Assembly: GCF_038871235.1 (NCBI RefSeq)
Contig: NZ_JAVZIN010000007.1
Coordinates: 22,404-86,403, forward strand
DNA length: 64,000 bases
Origin: Candidatus Hadarchaeum sp.
GTDB lineage: Archaea > Hadarchaeota > Hadarchaeia > Hadarchaeales > Hadarchaeaceae
Direction: 5' to 3'
Positions within the stretch are counted from its first letter, which is position 1; each line of letters begins with the position of its first letter. The translations under genes were made by a program, and so were the position numbers. Shown here one piece after another: positions 30,993 through 40,406 of the stretch. Below the pieces are notes generated by a model. The model saw only the letters and a list, made by a program, of their open reading frames with translations. It had not been told where the DNA came from and ran no database searches.

Positions 30993-31492
30993 AAGAGATC
31001 GCAGTTTCCCCAGAGGAAGTGAATAGGCTTTACGAGAAGTTAAAAAGAGAGGGCGAGGCCGCGGGTTATTACCTGAATGGTGATGTTGAGTTCGCGAAAA
31101 AACTGGTGAAGGGTTTGTTGATAAATGAGCAGAGATACGGTTACTGGTCCTGTCCGTGTAGGCTGGCTTCAGGTAAAAAGGAGGAAGACTTGGATATTAT
31201 TTGTCCCTGTGATTATAGAGATGCAGATCTAGTTGAATACGGATCCTGTTATTGCGGATTGTATGTCTCAAAGGAAGTGTTGGATGGTAACAAGGAGTTA
31301 AAATCAATACCGGAGAGAAGGCCTCCACCGGAAAAAAGAAAAATGTCAGAGGCAACCGTTGAGGGCCCCTTTTTACTCCCGCTCCCGGTCTGGAGATGCA
31401 CCGTCTGCGGTTATCTTTGTGCAAGGGAATCACCGCCGGAGATTTGTCCCATCTGCAAAGCAAAAAAGGATCGCTTTAAGAGGTTCATTTGA
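30989..31492 (+). CDS. Ferredoxin:thioredoxin reductase-like catalytic subunit with C-terminal rubredoxin domain (FDR type)
   Basis: CPCR...CPC...CYC FTR motif, then WRCTVCGY...PP..CPIC. GTGA overlap with the Grx gene. Confidence 0.92.
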   Translation: MKEIAVSPEEVNRLYEKLKREGEAAGYYLNGDVEFAKKLVKGLLINEQRYGYWSCPCRLASGKKEEDLDIICPCDYRDADLVEYGSCYCGLYVSKEVLDGNKELKSIPERRPPPEKRKMSEATVEGPFLLPLPVWRCTVCGYLCARESPPEICPICKAKKDRFKRFI

Positions 31493-31530
31493 GAACGTCG
31501 GTGTGTCGCTACCAGTTCAATTCTCATCGA

Positions 31531-32379
31531 TCACATGAGCTGCAGAAGCGCCTGTTTTATTGAATTTGCTGGGTTTTCATCGGCAAGGATCCTGTCGCCC
31601 AGCAACTGTTTTTCATAGATTTGTTTTTCGACACGGTAGAAGATTCCCAGCGGCATTCTGTCTGTCTCCCCCGCCTTGCTCCATGCGGCTGAGAAGTTGG
31701 TATCATCATGTCCCTCTTTGTTTAGATCGTACATTTTGGGCAGATATTTTTCCCGAACAGGATTGAAAGTAACGCATTCCTGGATCACGTCGATAAAGCT
31801 GAAGCCGCGATGCCTTACTGCTTCCAGCATCATCCCTTTCAGGTGTTTTGAATCTCCGGAGAAGCCTCGAGCCACAAAGGTTGCGCCACAGGCGAGCATG
31901 AGTTGCAGAGGATTGAGCGGGGTCTCGAAGCTACCCTTAGGCGCTGATTTTGTCCTAAAGCCAACTTTTGTCGTTGGAGTCACCTGCGAGGTCGTCAGGG
32001 CGAAGACCTCGTTGTCGTGCACGATGAGGGTAACGTCCAGATTTCTTCTGGCGGCGTGAACGACGTGGCTGATGCCCTCGGCGTAGGCATCGCCATCGCC
32101 GGCAAAGGCGATGACTTTCAAACGTTGGTTAGCGACTTTTATCCCCATGGCCGGAGGCAGAACCCTCCCGTGGAGGCAGTAGAAGCTGTTGACGCGGAGA
32201 TAATCTGAGATTTTACCGTGACAACCAACACCTGAGAGTACCACCACCTCCTCTGGCTTGACCTCTCCGGAGTTCACCAGTTCTGCTAGCACCTGTTTGG
32301 CCGTCACCAGTATGCCGAAGTTATTGCAGCCAGGGCACCAGGTGTTCTTGGTCGGTGTGTCAAAATCCTTCATCTCCAT
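31531..32379 (-). CDS. 2-oxoacid:ferredoxin oxidoreductase beta subunit (two-subunit type)
   Basis: TWCPGC, G.GC, LHGR, GDGD, DN..F.LT..Q, C.TFN. Confidence 0.92.
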   Translation of the reverse strand: MEMKDFDTPTKNTWCPGCNNFGILVTAKQVLAELVNSGEVKPEEVVVLSGVGCHGKISDYLRVNSFYCLHGRVLPPAMGIKVANQRLKVIAFAGDGDAYAEGISHVVHAARRNLDVTLIVHDNEVFALTTSQVTPTTKVGFRTKSAPKGSFETPLNPLQLMLACGATFVARGFSGDSKHLKGMMLEAVRHRGFSFIDVIQECVTFNPVREKYLPKMYDLNKEGHDDTNFSAAWSKAGETDRMPLGIFYRVEKQIYEKQLLGDRILADENPANSIKQALLQLM

Positions 32380-34061
32380 CCGAACGCCTCCTTAATCCTC
32401 TCCGCCAGCAGGATTTGGTCAAATGGTCTGCCATCATTTTTGAGCACCGTGTTTTCGATTCTGAAGCCAGTATGTTCAGCGATCAGTGAGCCAAGTTGCC
32501 CCGTCATGTTGCCCTCGACCAATAGAACTTTTTTCGCCAGCTTCAAGTGCTTGTTGATCTCCCAACCCGGAAAGGGACTCAGGTACAAAACCTGTATGAA
32601 TTTCAACGGTTTTTTTATCAGCTCCATGACCTCTAGCACTGCTCCTTTAGTGGACCCCCAGGCTACCACAAGGTTTTCGGCAGATGTGTCGCCGTATATC
32701 TTAACTGTTTCTCTTTCCTTCAAATCTTGGATCAGGGACGAAAGCTTACGCATTCTTTTTTCCTGCATTTTCTGAATGCCCTCGGGGCTTTCCTCAGCAT
32801 AACCATATTCATTGTGTTCGTAGCTGGTGACTTTGACAACCTTTCCGGCCCAACCCGGGAATGCTAACGGTGAAATCCCACTTTCAGTAAATCTATACCT
32901 ACGGTAATCTCCGCTATCTTCTTCCGCGATCTCGGCTGGTTCCACCTTCACTTTGTTCTCCTCAATATAGATGCTCATGTAGCTCTCCAGAAGATGTTTG
33001 TCTACAAGCACAATGGCAGGCGACTGATATTTCCAAGCTAAGTTTATGGCTTCCCCCGTCTTAATGAAAGCCTCTTCAGGATCTCCCGGAGCAACAACGA
33101 TTCGCGGAAATTCACCATGTCCGGCGCCGACGGCGAATTTAAGATCTGCCTGCGCCGTGTAGGTGGGCGCTCCTACGGCCGGCGCAACCCTTTGTCCCAC
33201 GACGAAAACCACCGGTATCTCGGCTTGACCAGCCATGCTGAAAGCTTCCTGCATTAGGGCGAAGCCTCCGCCTGCGGTGCCGACCATTGTCCTCACACCC
33301 GCATAGGCAGCTCCAAGTGCCATATTCGCCGCGCCGATTTCATTTTCAGGATGCACCAACACTACTCCTAGCGACTCTTGGTTGGGACCGATATAGTTCA
33401 GTATTGCGGTTGAGGGAGTCATCGGATAGGTCACATAAAGTTTCATGCCCGCCTTAACAGCCCCCAGTGCCACAGCTTCAGCGCCTGAGATAAAAGGAGT
33501 CTGTTCGCGTGAAATTGGTTTAATTGTCAGGATTTTCTCGAAGTTTTTCTCAGCATAGTCATAGCCAGCCCTTGCTAGCTCAATATTTTTGGTGGCCTTG
33601 TCCCCATAGGCCTGCATGAGGATATCATTAGCTAGACTTGGGGGGATGCCGTAAAGGTAAGCTATGGCTCCTATCAGGACAGAGTTCCTCATTATGGGTG
33701 AACCGCCAGCTTGTTTTACCATGTCAGTGAGGGGTATTGGCAGGCTTTCGTGAGATCCCTTGTATTGGGAAACGTCGCTGTCATAGAGGATGCGGCCGCC
33801 GTCGACAAGCTCCTTTTCATGCTTGGCGATGGTATCTTGATTGACGGCGGCGATGAGGTCGATCGATTCTCGGTGAAGCCAGAGTTGTCTCTCTGAAATC
33901 CTGATTTTGCAGAAGTTGTGGCCGCCGCGAATTAATGATCCGTAGTCATTTATTACAAAGACGTAAAGTCCCATTCGGTTGAAGATCCTTCCGATGAGTT
34001 CAGCCGTACGCATTACACCATCGCCGGCTTGCCCTCCAACGAGCAAAGAAACGTCCGTCAT
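32370..34061 (-). CDS. 2-oxoacid:ferredoxin oxidoreductase alpha subunit (gamma-alpha fusion)
   Basis: GGQAGDG, Y.SLIRGGH, YPMTPST, ENEI, GGGFALM.E, GHGEFP. Confidence 0.92.
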   Translation of the reverse strand: MTDVSLLVGGQAGDGVMRTAELIGRIFNRMGLYVFVINDYGSLIRGGHNFCKIRISERQLWLHRESIDLIAAVNQDTIAKHEKELVDGGRILYDSDVSQYKGSHESLPIPLTDMVKQAGGSPIMRNSVLIGAIAYLYGIPPSLANDILMQAYGDKATKNIELARAGYDYAEKNFEKILTIKPISREQTPFISGAEAVALGAVKAGMKLYVTYPMTPSTAILNYIGPNQESLGVVLVHPENEIGAANMALGAAYAGVRTMVGTAGGGFALMQEAFSMAGQAEIPVVFVVGQRVAPAVGAPTYTAQADLKFAVGAGHGEFPRIVVAPGDPEEAFIKTGEAINLAWKYQSPAIVLVDKHLLESYMSIYIEENKVKVEPAEIAEEDSGDYRRYRFTESGISPLAFPGWAGKVVKVTSYEHNEYGYAEESPEGIQKMQEKRMRKLSSLIQDLKERETVKIYGDTSAENLVVAWGSTKGAVLEVMELIKKPLKFIQVLYLSPFPGWEINKHLKLAKKVLLVEGNMTGQLGSLIAEHTGFRIENTVLKNDGRPFDQILLAERIKEAFGWR

Positions 34062-34166
34062 GATATCCTAGTCGCATTTATTTAGTTTGAATTAGTAAAA
34101 AAGCCTTTTACCACTTAGCGGCACTTCTTTAGATCGGCTTTAATTTTTTCTAGAAAATCGTTTTAA

Positions 34167-34207
34167 TTAGGTTCGCCTAAGGTTTTTATTAAGTTAGGTC
34201 TACCTAA
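34167..34207. promoter_or_regulatory. Two DtxR-type operator palindromes TTAGG-N4-CCTAA
   Basis: TTAGGTTCGCCTAA (34167-34180) and TTAGGTCTACCTAA (34194-34207) flank a TTTTTATT TATA-like box just upstream of a DtxR gene. Confidence 0.8.
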
Positions 34208-34210
34208 TTT

Positions 34211-34936
34211 TTGAGCACCATGGCCCATCGCATGTTTAGAAAGAACTCCAAGCTTTCGGCCTCTGAGGAGGAGTACCTCGAGGCCATCTATAAGGAACAG
34301 ACCGAATCCAAGGAACGAGTTAAGGTGAAAGATTTGGCCAAGGACCTTGGGGTTAAGGATCCCAGCGTGGTTGAGATGCTTTCAAGACTAAGCGATAAGG
34401 GCCTGATAACTAGAGATCGCTCTGGGGCCGCTCTTACCGACAGAGGCTTGAATGAAGCTATGAGAGTGGTGCGGCGCCACAAGCTCGCGGAGCGTTTGCT
34501 ATGTGATGTCTTTGGCCATGAATTGCCCGGAGTTCATGAGCACGCTTGTGAGTTCGAACACGTCTTCGACGACGAGCTGACGGAAAAAATCGACGACCTC
34601 CTCAAAAGACCAGCAACTTGCCCTCACGGAGGCCCCATCCCGCGATTGAGTGGAGAGTCAGTACAGCCAGCAAAGCCCCTCTCAGACCTAGCCTGCGGCG
34701 AATCTTGTACTGTGGTCACAATACCTGAAGAGAGGGAATCGGTAGAGCGTCTGCTGGCATTGAACATACTTCCAGGTTCTAGGGTGAAGGTGGTGGAAAA
34801 GCTGCCCCGCGGGGCCATTATGCTTCAGTGCGGTAAAATGCAGGTCGCGCTCAGTCGCGATATAGCTTCCAAAATTTTGGTGAAACGGCCGGAGATGGGG
34901 AGGGTTCGGCACCGAGCGCGCCACGGTCAGCGTTGA
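34211..34936 (+). CDS. DtxR/IdeR family metal-dependent regulator with C-terminal FeoA domain
   Basis: EEYLEAIY, RRHKLAE, HACEFEH, TCPHG.PIP and FeoA-like RLL.L...PG..V.V. Confidence 0.93.
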   Translation: MSTMAHRMFRKNSKLSASEEEYLEAIYKEQTESKERVKVKDLAKDLGVKDPSVVEMLSRLSDKGLITRDRSGAALTDRGLNEAMRVVRRHKLAERLLCDVFGHELPGVHEHACEFEHVFDDELTEKIDDLLKRPATCPHGGPIPRLSGESVQPAKPLSDLACGESCTVVTIPEERESVERLLALNILPGSRVKVVEKLPRGAIMLQCGKMQVALSRDIASKILVKRPEMGRVRHRARHGQR

Positions 34937-34940
34937 TTTT

Positions 34941-36917
34941 TTGGTGACTACCATGTCGGCGGTAAAGAAATCTGAGATAGTGGTGGCGCTTGCTGGGACC
35001 CCCAACGTAGGCAAGAGTGCCATTTTTCACCAGATCACCGGCGCCGATGTGATAGTTTCCAATTATCCGGGAACAACTGTGGAGCTGATGGAGGGCTGGG
35101 TGAAGCGCGGCGATTATGATATCAGAGTTATCGATCTTCCCGGCGTTTATTCGCTTGGCGCGGTTTCCCAAGATGAGCTGGTTGCCCGGCGTGCTATTCT
35201 GGAACAGGAACCTGATGTGATCGTGAATATACTCGATGCTTCGAACCTGGAACGGAGCCTTTTCTTGACCCTGCAGCTGATGGAGCTTGGCCGCCCGATG
35301 CTGGTGATTATGAATATGTATGATGTGGCACTGGCGAGGGGCCTCCATCCGAATGCTGAAGCACTCTCGAGCAAGCTCGGCCTGCCGGTGGTGACCACTG
35401 TTGCCACACGCGGGGAAAACGTTGCTAGGGCCTTTGATAAGGCCATAGAAGTTGCCTTGGCGAGGAATAGACCCGAGAAGGTTTTACCTTTGACCCGGGA
35501 TACTGAGAGGGCGATAAAGGGGCTTGCAGGAGAGATAGTCAGATCTCTAGGTAAAACACCGTTTGGACTCTCTGCACGGACCCTTGCCATAAAACTTCTG
35601 GAAGGCGATGAACACCTCATAAAGGCAGTGGCCGATCTTCCTGGCAGCGAGCGCGTTCTGATGAAGGCAAGGAAGTTGGCTAGGGAAATGGTGACCAAAT
35701 ATGGTGAACCGTCTGCTTACAGAATTGCCCGTGAGCGCCATGGCATCGCGGCCATGATCTCGCGAGAAGTGACTGAAAGGGCCCCAGCCAAACTGAAGTG
35801 GGCCCATCGTTTGGACGACATAACTTCAAGCGTACGAACTGGTGTGCCGATAATGGTGGCTGTTTTCGCGGCTCTGATTCTCTTGTTGATCTACGTGGGT
35901 GGATTTCTGGAGGGTTTGCTGGTCGAGGGTTGGGAAATTTTCGTCTCGCCGCTGCTTCGCGGTTTTTTTAACACATTGGGTGATCTGGGTCGGATTCTAG
36001 ATATTGGAATCAACCAAGGCATCATCGGGATCTTGGCGGTCATGATTCCTTACATTCTGGTCTTTTTTCTCGTCTTCGCCCTGCTCGAGGACATCGGTTA
36101 TCTGCCGCGCATGGCCTTTGTGATGGATTCGGCTATGCACCGGATAGGACTTCACGGACGTGCAGTAGTTCCGATGCTGGGCGGTTTCGGTTGCAATGTC
36201 CCCGCAATCATGGCCACGAGGGTACTGATAACGAGACGGGAGAGACTGATCGCCAACTTTCTTATCACCATGGTTCCCTGCTCAGCGCGTACTGCTGTAA
36301 TTCTTGGCACGGTTGGATATTTTTTGGGCGTCCAATATGCGCTTTTGATTTACGGCATCATCTTAATTCTAATCTTCATCGTCGGACTGGTTCTCAACCG
36401 ATTCTTACGCGGTCGGGTTTCTGGGATGATCATGGAGATGCCACCGCTACGCTTGCCCATACTCAGGCCGCTGTTAAGCAAGACATGGATGAGGATGAAG
36501 CACTTCGTCTATTTTGCCACTCCTGTGCTTATCGTCGGCAGCCTAGTGATAGGTGCTCTGCATGTTTTCGAATTGTTGGCCGCGATAGTCGCGCCGCTCT
36601 CCCCACTCACCTCGGGCTGGCTAGGCCTGCCTGCCGTGACCATCATCTCGCTTCTCTATGGCTTCATCAGAAAAGAAGGGGCGCTTGTTCTGCTGGTGAC
36701 CATAGCAGGTACATCGAACCTGTTGAATTTCATGACCCCCCTGCAGTTGTTTGTCTTTGCTCTTGTCGTCTCAATCTACGTGCCTTGTGCAGCCACCGTA
36801 GCGGCTCTTAAGCAGGAACTAGGCTGGAAGGACGCGATCATGATAAGCGCGAGTACTTTTCTTATTGCGCTGCTAGTAGGTGGTATTTTCAATCACCTGA
36901 ACCCCATTGGGCTTTGA
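34941..36917 (+). CDS. feoB: Ferrous iron transporter FeoB
   Basis: GTPNVGKS, NYPGTTV, DLPG, NMYD; LEDIGYLPR, GFGCNVPA, PCSAR, MEMP, YVPC.A. Confidence 0.96.
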   Translation: MVTTMSAVKKSEIVVALAGTPNVGKSAIFHQITGADVIVSNYPGTTVELMEGWVKRGDYDIRVIDLPGVYSLGAVSQDELVARRAILEQEPDVIVNILDASNLERSLFLTLQLMELGRPMLVIMNMYDVALARGLHPNAEALSSKLGLPVVTTVATRGENVARAFDKAIEVALARNRPEKVLPLTRDTERAIKGLAGEIVRSLGKTPFGLSARTLAIKLLEGDEHLIKAVADLPGSERVLMKARKLAREMVTKYGEPSAYRIARERHGIAAMISREVTERAPAKLKWAHRLDDITSSVRTGVPIMVAVFAALILLLIYVGGFLEGLLVEGWEIFVSPLLRGFFNTLGDLGRILDIGINQGIIGILAVMIPYILVFFLVFALLEDIGYLPRMAFVMDSAMHRIGLHGRAVVPMLGGFGCNVPAIMATRVLITRRERLIANFLITMVPCSARTAVILGTVGYFLGVQYALLIYGIILILIFIVGLVLNRFLRGRVSGMIMEMPPLRLPILRPLLSKTWMRMKHFVYFATPVLIVGSLVIGALHVFELLAAIVAPLSPLTSGWLGLPAVTIISLLYGFIRKEGALVLLVTIAGTSNLLNFMTPLQLFVFALVVSIYVPCAATVAALKQELGWKDAIMISASTFLIALLVGGIFNHLNPIGL

Positions 36918-36928
36918 AGGCAATCTTA

Positions 36929-36948
36929 TTACGTGCGAATGAACATAA
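36929..36948. promoter_or_regulatory. Putative operator TTACGTGC-N4-GAACATAA upstream of DUF134 gene
   Basis: Imperfect palindrome (ideal TTATGTTC-N4-GAACATAA) 12 bp before the ATG; second copy at 41390-41409. Confidence 0.6.
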
Positions 36949-36960
36949 ACTATTGATACC

Positions 36961-37311
36961 ATGCCGCGACGATGGTGCTGGCGGAGAGGTGGGCCGGGTA
37001 GGCCGATGAAGCCGCGATTTCTCAGTTCTGTGCCATCACCAACCATGTTTGTTCCTTGGGTTCCAGGTGGCGGCCCCATGCCCACTAAAGAGCCGATTTA
37101 CCTCTCCTACGATGAGTACGAGTCCCTGCGTTTGACTTACATAGAGGGTTTGAATCAGGAGGAGGTCGCCGAGCGAATGAAGATATCGCGTGGCACCGTC
37201 TGGCGTTGTCTGGAGAGCGCCAGAAATAAGCTCGTCCGGATGATGGTCGAGCGGAGACCTCTGATCATCGCCGATAAACCACCTCAGCCACCGGAGGGGC
37301 CGAGCACTTGA
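36961..37311 (+). CDS. DUF134 family predicted DNA-binding protein
   Basis: GRP...R, L..DEYESLRL....GL.QEE.A..M.ISR.T.WR.L.SAR.K sigma4-like HTH. Confidence 0.9.
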   Translation: MPRRWCWRRGGPGRPMKPRFLSSVPSPTMFVPWVPGGGPMPTKEPIYLSYDEYESLRLTYIEGLNQEEVAERMKISRGTVWRCLESARNKLVRMMVERRPLIIADKPPQPPEGPST

Positions 37312-38165
37312 ACTCAGTAGATGGGCTGAGGCTTACGGTATTGGTCGAGGACACCAAGAAAAGGCCCGATCTTGCAGCCAAACACGGTCTATCATTTTTC
37401 ATCGAGGTTGAATCAGCAGGTAGTATTACCACGTTGCTACTGGATGCCGGGCCCTCGGCGGAACTGGTGCTGGGCAATGCTCGAAAGCTGGGCATTGATC
37501 TGGGGAAATTGGATTACATTGTTATCAGTCATGGACATTACGATCACACCGGCGGGCTTTTAGGAGTCCTGAAATTCGTCAACAAGAAGGTACCCGTGGT
37601 TCTTCATCCGCAGGCGCTTGTGCCAAAATTTGTGGTGAAACAGGGAAGGCTCAAGAAGATAGGCATTACAAGCACGGTTGCGGAGCTTGAGGGTGCCGGT
37701 GGCTTTCTGGCTCGAAATCGGAAGACCCACTCGTTAATGCCGGGCGTATGGGTTAGCGGTGAAATCAAAAGGACAAATCAGTATGAACTGGTTAAGGGGT
37801 TCAAGACTGAGATTGGGGGAAAAGTTGTTAAGGATAACTTGCCCGACGATCAGGCACTTTTCGTGAAGTTGAAGAATGAAGGGCTGTTGGTGATTACTGG
37901 TTGCGCCCATGCCGGGATAATTAACACAATTGAACACGCTCAAAAGGCAACTGGTTTGAGCCGTTTGCGTGCGGTCATCGGAGGATTTCACTTGTTCGGA
38001 TCAAGCGCGAGAAGGATAAATTGGACAACCGAGGAACTCCAGAAACAGGGAGTAGAATTGCTGATGCCTTGCCATTGTACAGGAAGAAGGGCCATCGCGA
38101 AGTTCGTTAAGCTTTACGGTAAAAATTGCCACAGGCTCAGGACTGGTGATGCAGTTGTTTTCTGA
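37308..38165 (+). CDS. Metallo-beta-lactamase-fold hydrolase (COG1237-like)
   Basis: HGLS, SHGHYDHTGG, TGCAHAG, GGFH, PCHCTG. Confidence 0.9.
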   Translation: MNSVDGLRLTVLVEDTKKRPDLAAKHGLSFFIEVESAGSITTLLLDAGPSAELVLGNARKLGIDLGKLDYIVISHGHYDHTGGLLGVLKFVNKKVPVVLHPQALVPKFVVKQGRLKKIGITSTVAELEGAGGFLARNRKTHSLMPGVWVSGEIKRTNQYELVKGFKTEIGGKVVKDNLPDDQALFVKLKNEGLLVITGCAHAGIINTIEHAQKATGLSRLRAVIGGFHLFGSSARRINWTTEELQKQGVELLMPCHCTGRRAIAKFVKLYGKNCHRLRTGDAVVF

Positions 38166-38273
38166 TAAATTAAAATGTTTTCATTCCCAAACTTCTCATC
38201 AAGAATTCACAATTTGGCACCATCTGGATGATGATTCTTTTCTCTCTTTACGATCGTGATCACAACTTTTAAA

Positions 38274-38290
38274 TTTAGGTAAAACCTAAA
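38274..38290. promoter_or_regulatory. DtxR-type operator TTTAGGT-N3-ACCTAAA (TTAGG-N5-CCTAA)
   Basis: Perfect 7-bp inverted repeat immediately upstream of the second DtxR gene and just after a TTTTAAA box. Confidence 0.78.
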
Positions 38291-38295
38291 ATTTT

Positions 38296-38757
38296 TTGTT
38301 AAGAATGAAAACGAAATTAATCGTTACCGAAAATGAGGCCAGGTATTTAATGTTAATTTATAGAAGACAGGTAGAAAACTTTTCCGATTTTGGGACCACG
38401 GACATAGCAAGAATTCTTAAGGTTCGGCCCGCCACAGTTACGGAAGCGATACAAAACCTTGCCAAAAAGAAACTTGTCAAGCACAGACCCTATCATGGCG
38501 TCCAATTAACCAAGAGGGGAGTAAGGGAAGCCCAAAAACTTTTGAGAAGGCATCGAATTCTTGAACTTTTTCTTTCAGATTTCCTAAAATATGATGTTAG
38601 AAAGTCGTGCCTTGAGGCCTCAAAAATTGATTATCATGTTTCGAGTTCTCTCATCAACGACATTTGCAGGCTTTATGGACATCCGCGCACCTGTCCGTGT
38701 AAAAAGAATATTTTTACTGACCCCGGCTGTTTAAAGGAAAGGGTAAAAGCGAAGTGA
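38296..38757 (+). CDS. DtxR family regulator (short, no FeoA), likely controlling the adjacent ZIP
   Basis: YL..IY, A..L.V.PATVTE, Y.GV.LT..G, RRHRILE, HP.TCP. Confidence 0.88.
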   Translation: MLRMKTKLIVTENEARYLMLIYRRQVENFSDFGTTDIARILKVRPATVTEAIQNLAKKKLVKHRPYHGVQLTKRGVREAQKLLRRHRILELFLSDFLKYDVRKSCLEASKIDYHVSSSLINDICRLYGHPRTCPCKKNIFTDPGCLKERVKAK

Positions 38758-39512
38758 GTTGGATGGAGGGAATGGTTTCGATTCTGTTGGCAACGTTTTT
38801 GGTAAGTTTGATTTCATTTGTCGGGGCAATGACTCTGGTAGTTTCAGAAAGATTACTCAAGTATATCCTGCTGGCACTGGTCGGTTTATCGGCCGGGGCT
38901 CTAATCGGCGGGGCCTTTTTACATCTTTTACCGGAGGCGATAGAAGAAACTGCGGGCGTGGAAATCGGCAACGTTTTTCAGGCAGTAATCGTCGGCTTCG
39001 TGATATTTTTCATCTTGGAAAAGTTACTCTGGCGGCACTGTCACGAAAAGTCTTGTCCGATTCACACGTTTGCCTATCTTAATCTTGTTGGTGACGGAGT
39101 TCATAATTTCATCGATGGCTTGATAATTGCCTCCGGATTCCTAGCCAGTCCACAGCTCGGTTTGGTCACGGCTTTAGCGGTTGCAGCCCACGAGGTTCCC
39201 CAAGAACTCGGTGATTTTGGGGTAATTGTCTACGGTGGTATGAAACCCCGGGTGGCTCTTTTATTAAATTTTGTAACTGCTCTTACTGCCGTTGCTGGTG
39301 GTCTGTTTGGCTATTATTTCTTTTCACATCTGGAGCACGCGATGACTTTTCTCTTGCCTTTTGCCGCCGGTGGATTCCTTTACATTGCCGCCGCTGATCT
39401 AATACCGGAGCTGCATAAGGAGAGCGATCGGGCAAAGACGGTGCTATCATTTTTGATGTTCATGGTAGGAATAGCCTTGATGTTGGTTATTAAGATATTA
39501 CTCGGGGGTTAA
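38754..39512 (+). CDS. ZIP family metal transporter
   Basis: FLHLLPEA, HCH, GDGVHNFIDG, AHEVPQELGDF, DLIPE. Confidence 0.94.
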   Translation: MSWMEGMVSILLATFLVSLISFVGAMTLVVSERLLKYILLALVGLSAGALIGGAFLHLLPEAIEETAGVEIGNVFQAVIVGFVIFFILEKLLWRHCHEKSCPIHTFAYLNLVGDGVHNFIDGLIIASGFLASPQLGLVTALAVAAHEVPQELGDFGVIVYGGMKPRVALLLNFVTALTAVAGGLFGYYFFSHLEHAMTFLLPFAAGGFLYIAAADLIPELHKESDRAKTVLSFLMFMVGIALMLVIKILLGG

Positions 39513-39539
39513 TTTTCTAACTGAGAGCACGATAATCCG

Positions 39540-40319
39540 TTGGTGCTGGTTGTGGCAATAGTTTATGGTCCGGTTTCTTCTTGGCGGTTAGGAAGATCGT
39601 TGGGCGTGGATCCAATTTGCCAAAGGGGAAAGATCTGCTCGTTTGACTGCATCTACTGTTCGCTCGGTCCAACCACCGCGAAGTCGGTTGAACGGAGGAT
39701 TTTTGTCACCGAAGACCAAGTCGCGCGCGCCCTCAGGCGAGCCATCAAGAGGGTTAACGCTGATGTGGTGACTTTCTCCGGTACCGGCGAACCAACGCTG
39801 GCTCAGAACTTGGGGGCACTTATAGAGACCGCTCGGGAGATTTCAGGGTTACCCGTGGCGGTTCTGACCAACTCTTCACTTAAGAGCAGGAAGGATGTTA
39901 GAGAGGATCTGGTCAAGGCAGATGTGGTGAAGGGCAAGTTGGATGTTTTCAACGATCAGCTGCTACGGATGATAAATCGACCTCATCAGAGCTTGAGTTT
40001 TCAGAAAATTGTTGAGGGGTTGAAGAAATTCCGTGCCGGTTTCAGAGGCAAGTTCCAATTGGAGGTCATGTTCGTCCCGGAGAATATGGGTTTTTCTCGC
40101 GAGATCGCCGAAATTGTCAGATCAGTAGGTCCCGACGAGGTTCAGATCAACACACCTCTTAGGCCCAGCCCAACCAGACCGCTGACGCCGCAGGAGTTAG
40201 AGCGTGTTCAGAAGGATTTTGAGGGAATGAATTTACGATCGGTTTATCTTGCAGCGAAGCCTAGAGTGGGCATGACTGTAGGTAAAGGGAAGATGAGAAG
40301 GCTCAAGAGGTCTGATTAA
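39540..40319 (+). CDS. Radical SAM protein (COG0731-like)
   Basis: YGPV.S.RLGRSLG, CSFDCIYC, SG.GEPTL, LTNSS, QINTP.RP. Confidence 0.9.
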   Translation: MVLVVAIVYGPVSSWRLGRSLGVDPICQRGKICSFDCIYCSLGPTTAKSVERRIFVTEDQVARALRRAIKRVNADVVTFSGTGEPTLAQNLGALIETAREISGLPVAVLTNSSLKSRKDVREDLVKADVVKGKLDVFNDQLLRMINRPHQSLSFQKIVEGLKKFRAGFRGKFQLEVMFVPENMGFSREIAEIVRSVGPDEVQINTPLRPSPTRPLTPQELERVQKDFEGMNLRSVYLAAKPRVGMTVGKGKMRRLKRSD

Positions 40320-40406
40320 AATAAATTCGGTGAGGGCAAATTTACCTTAAAATTAGTTCTTGATGAAAAAGGACTAAAATCTAAAATATCAAAGATCCAT
40401 GGCTAA

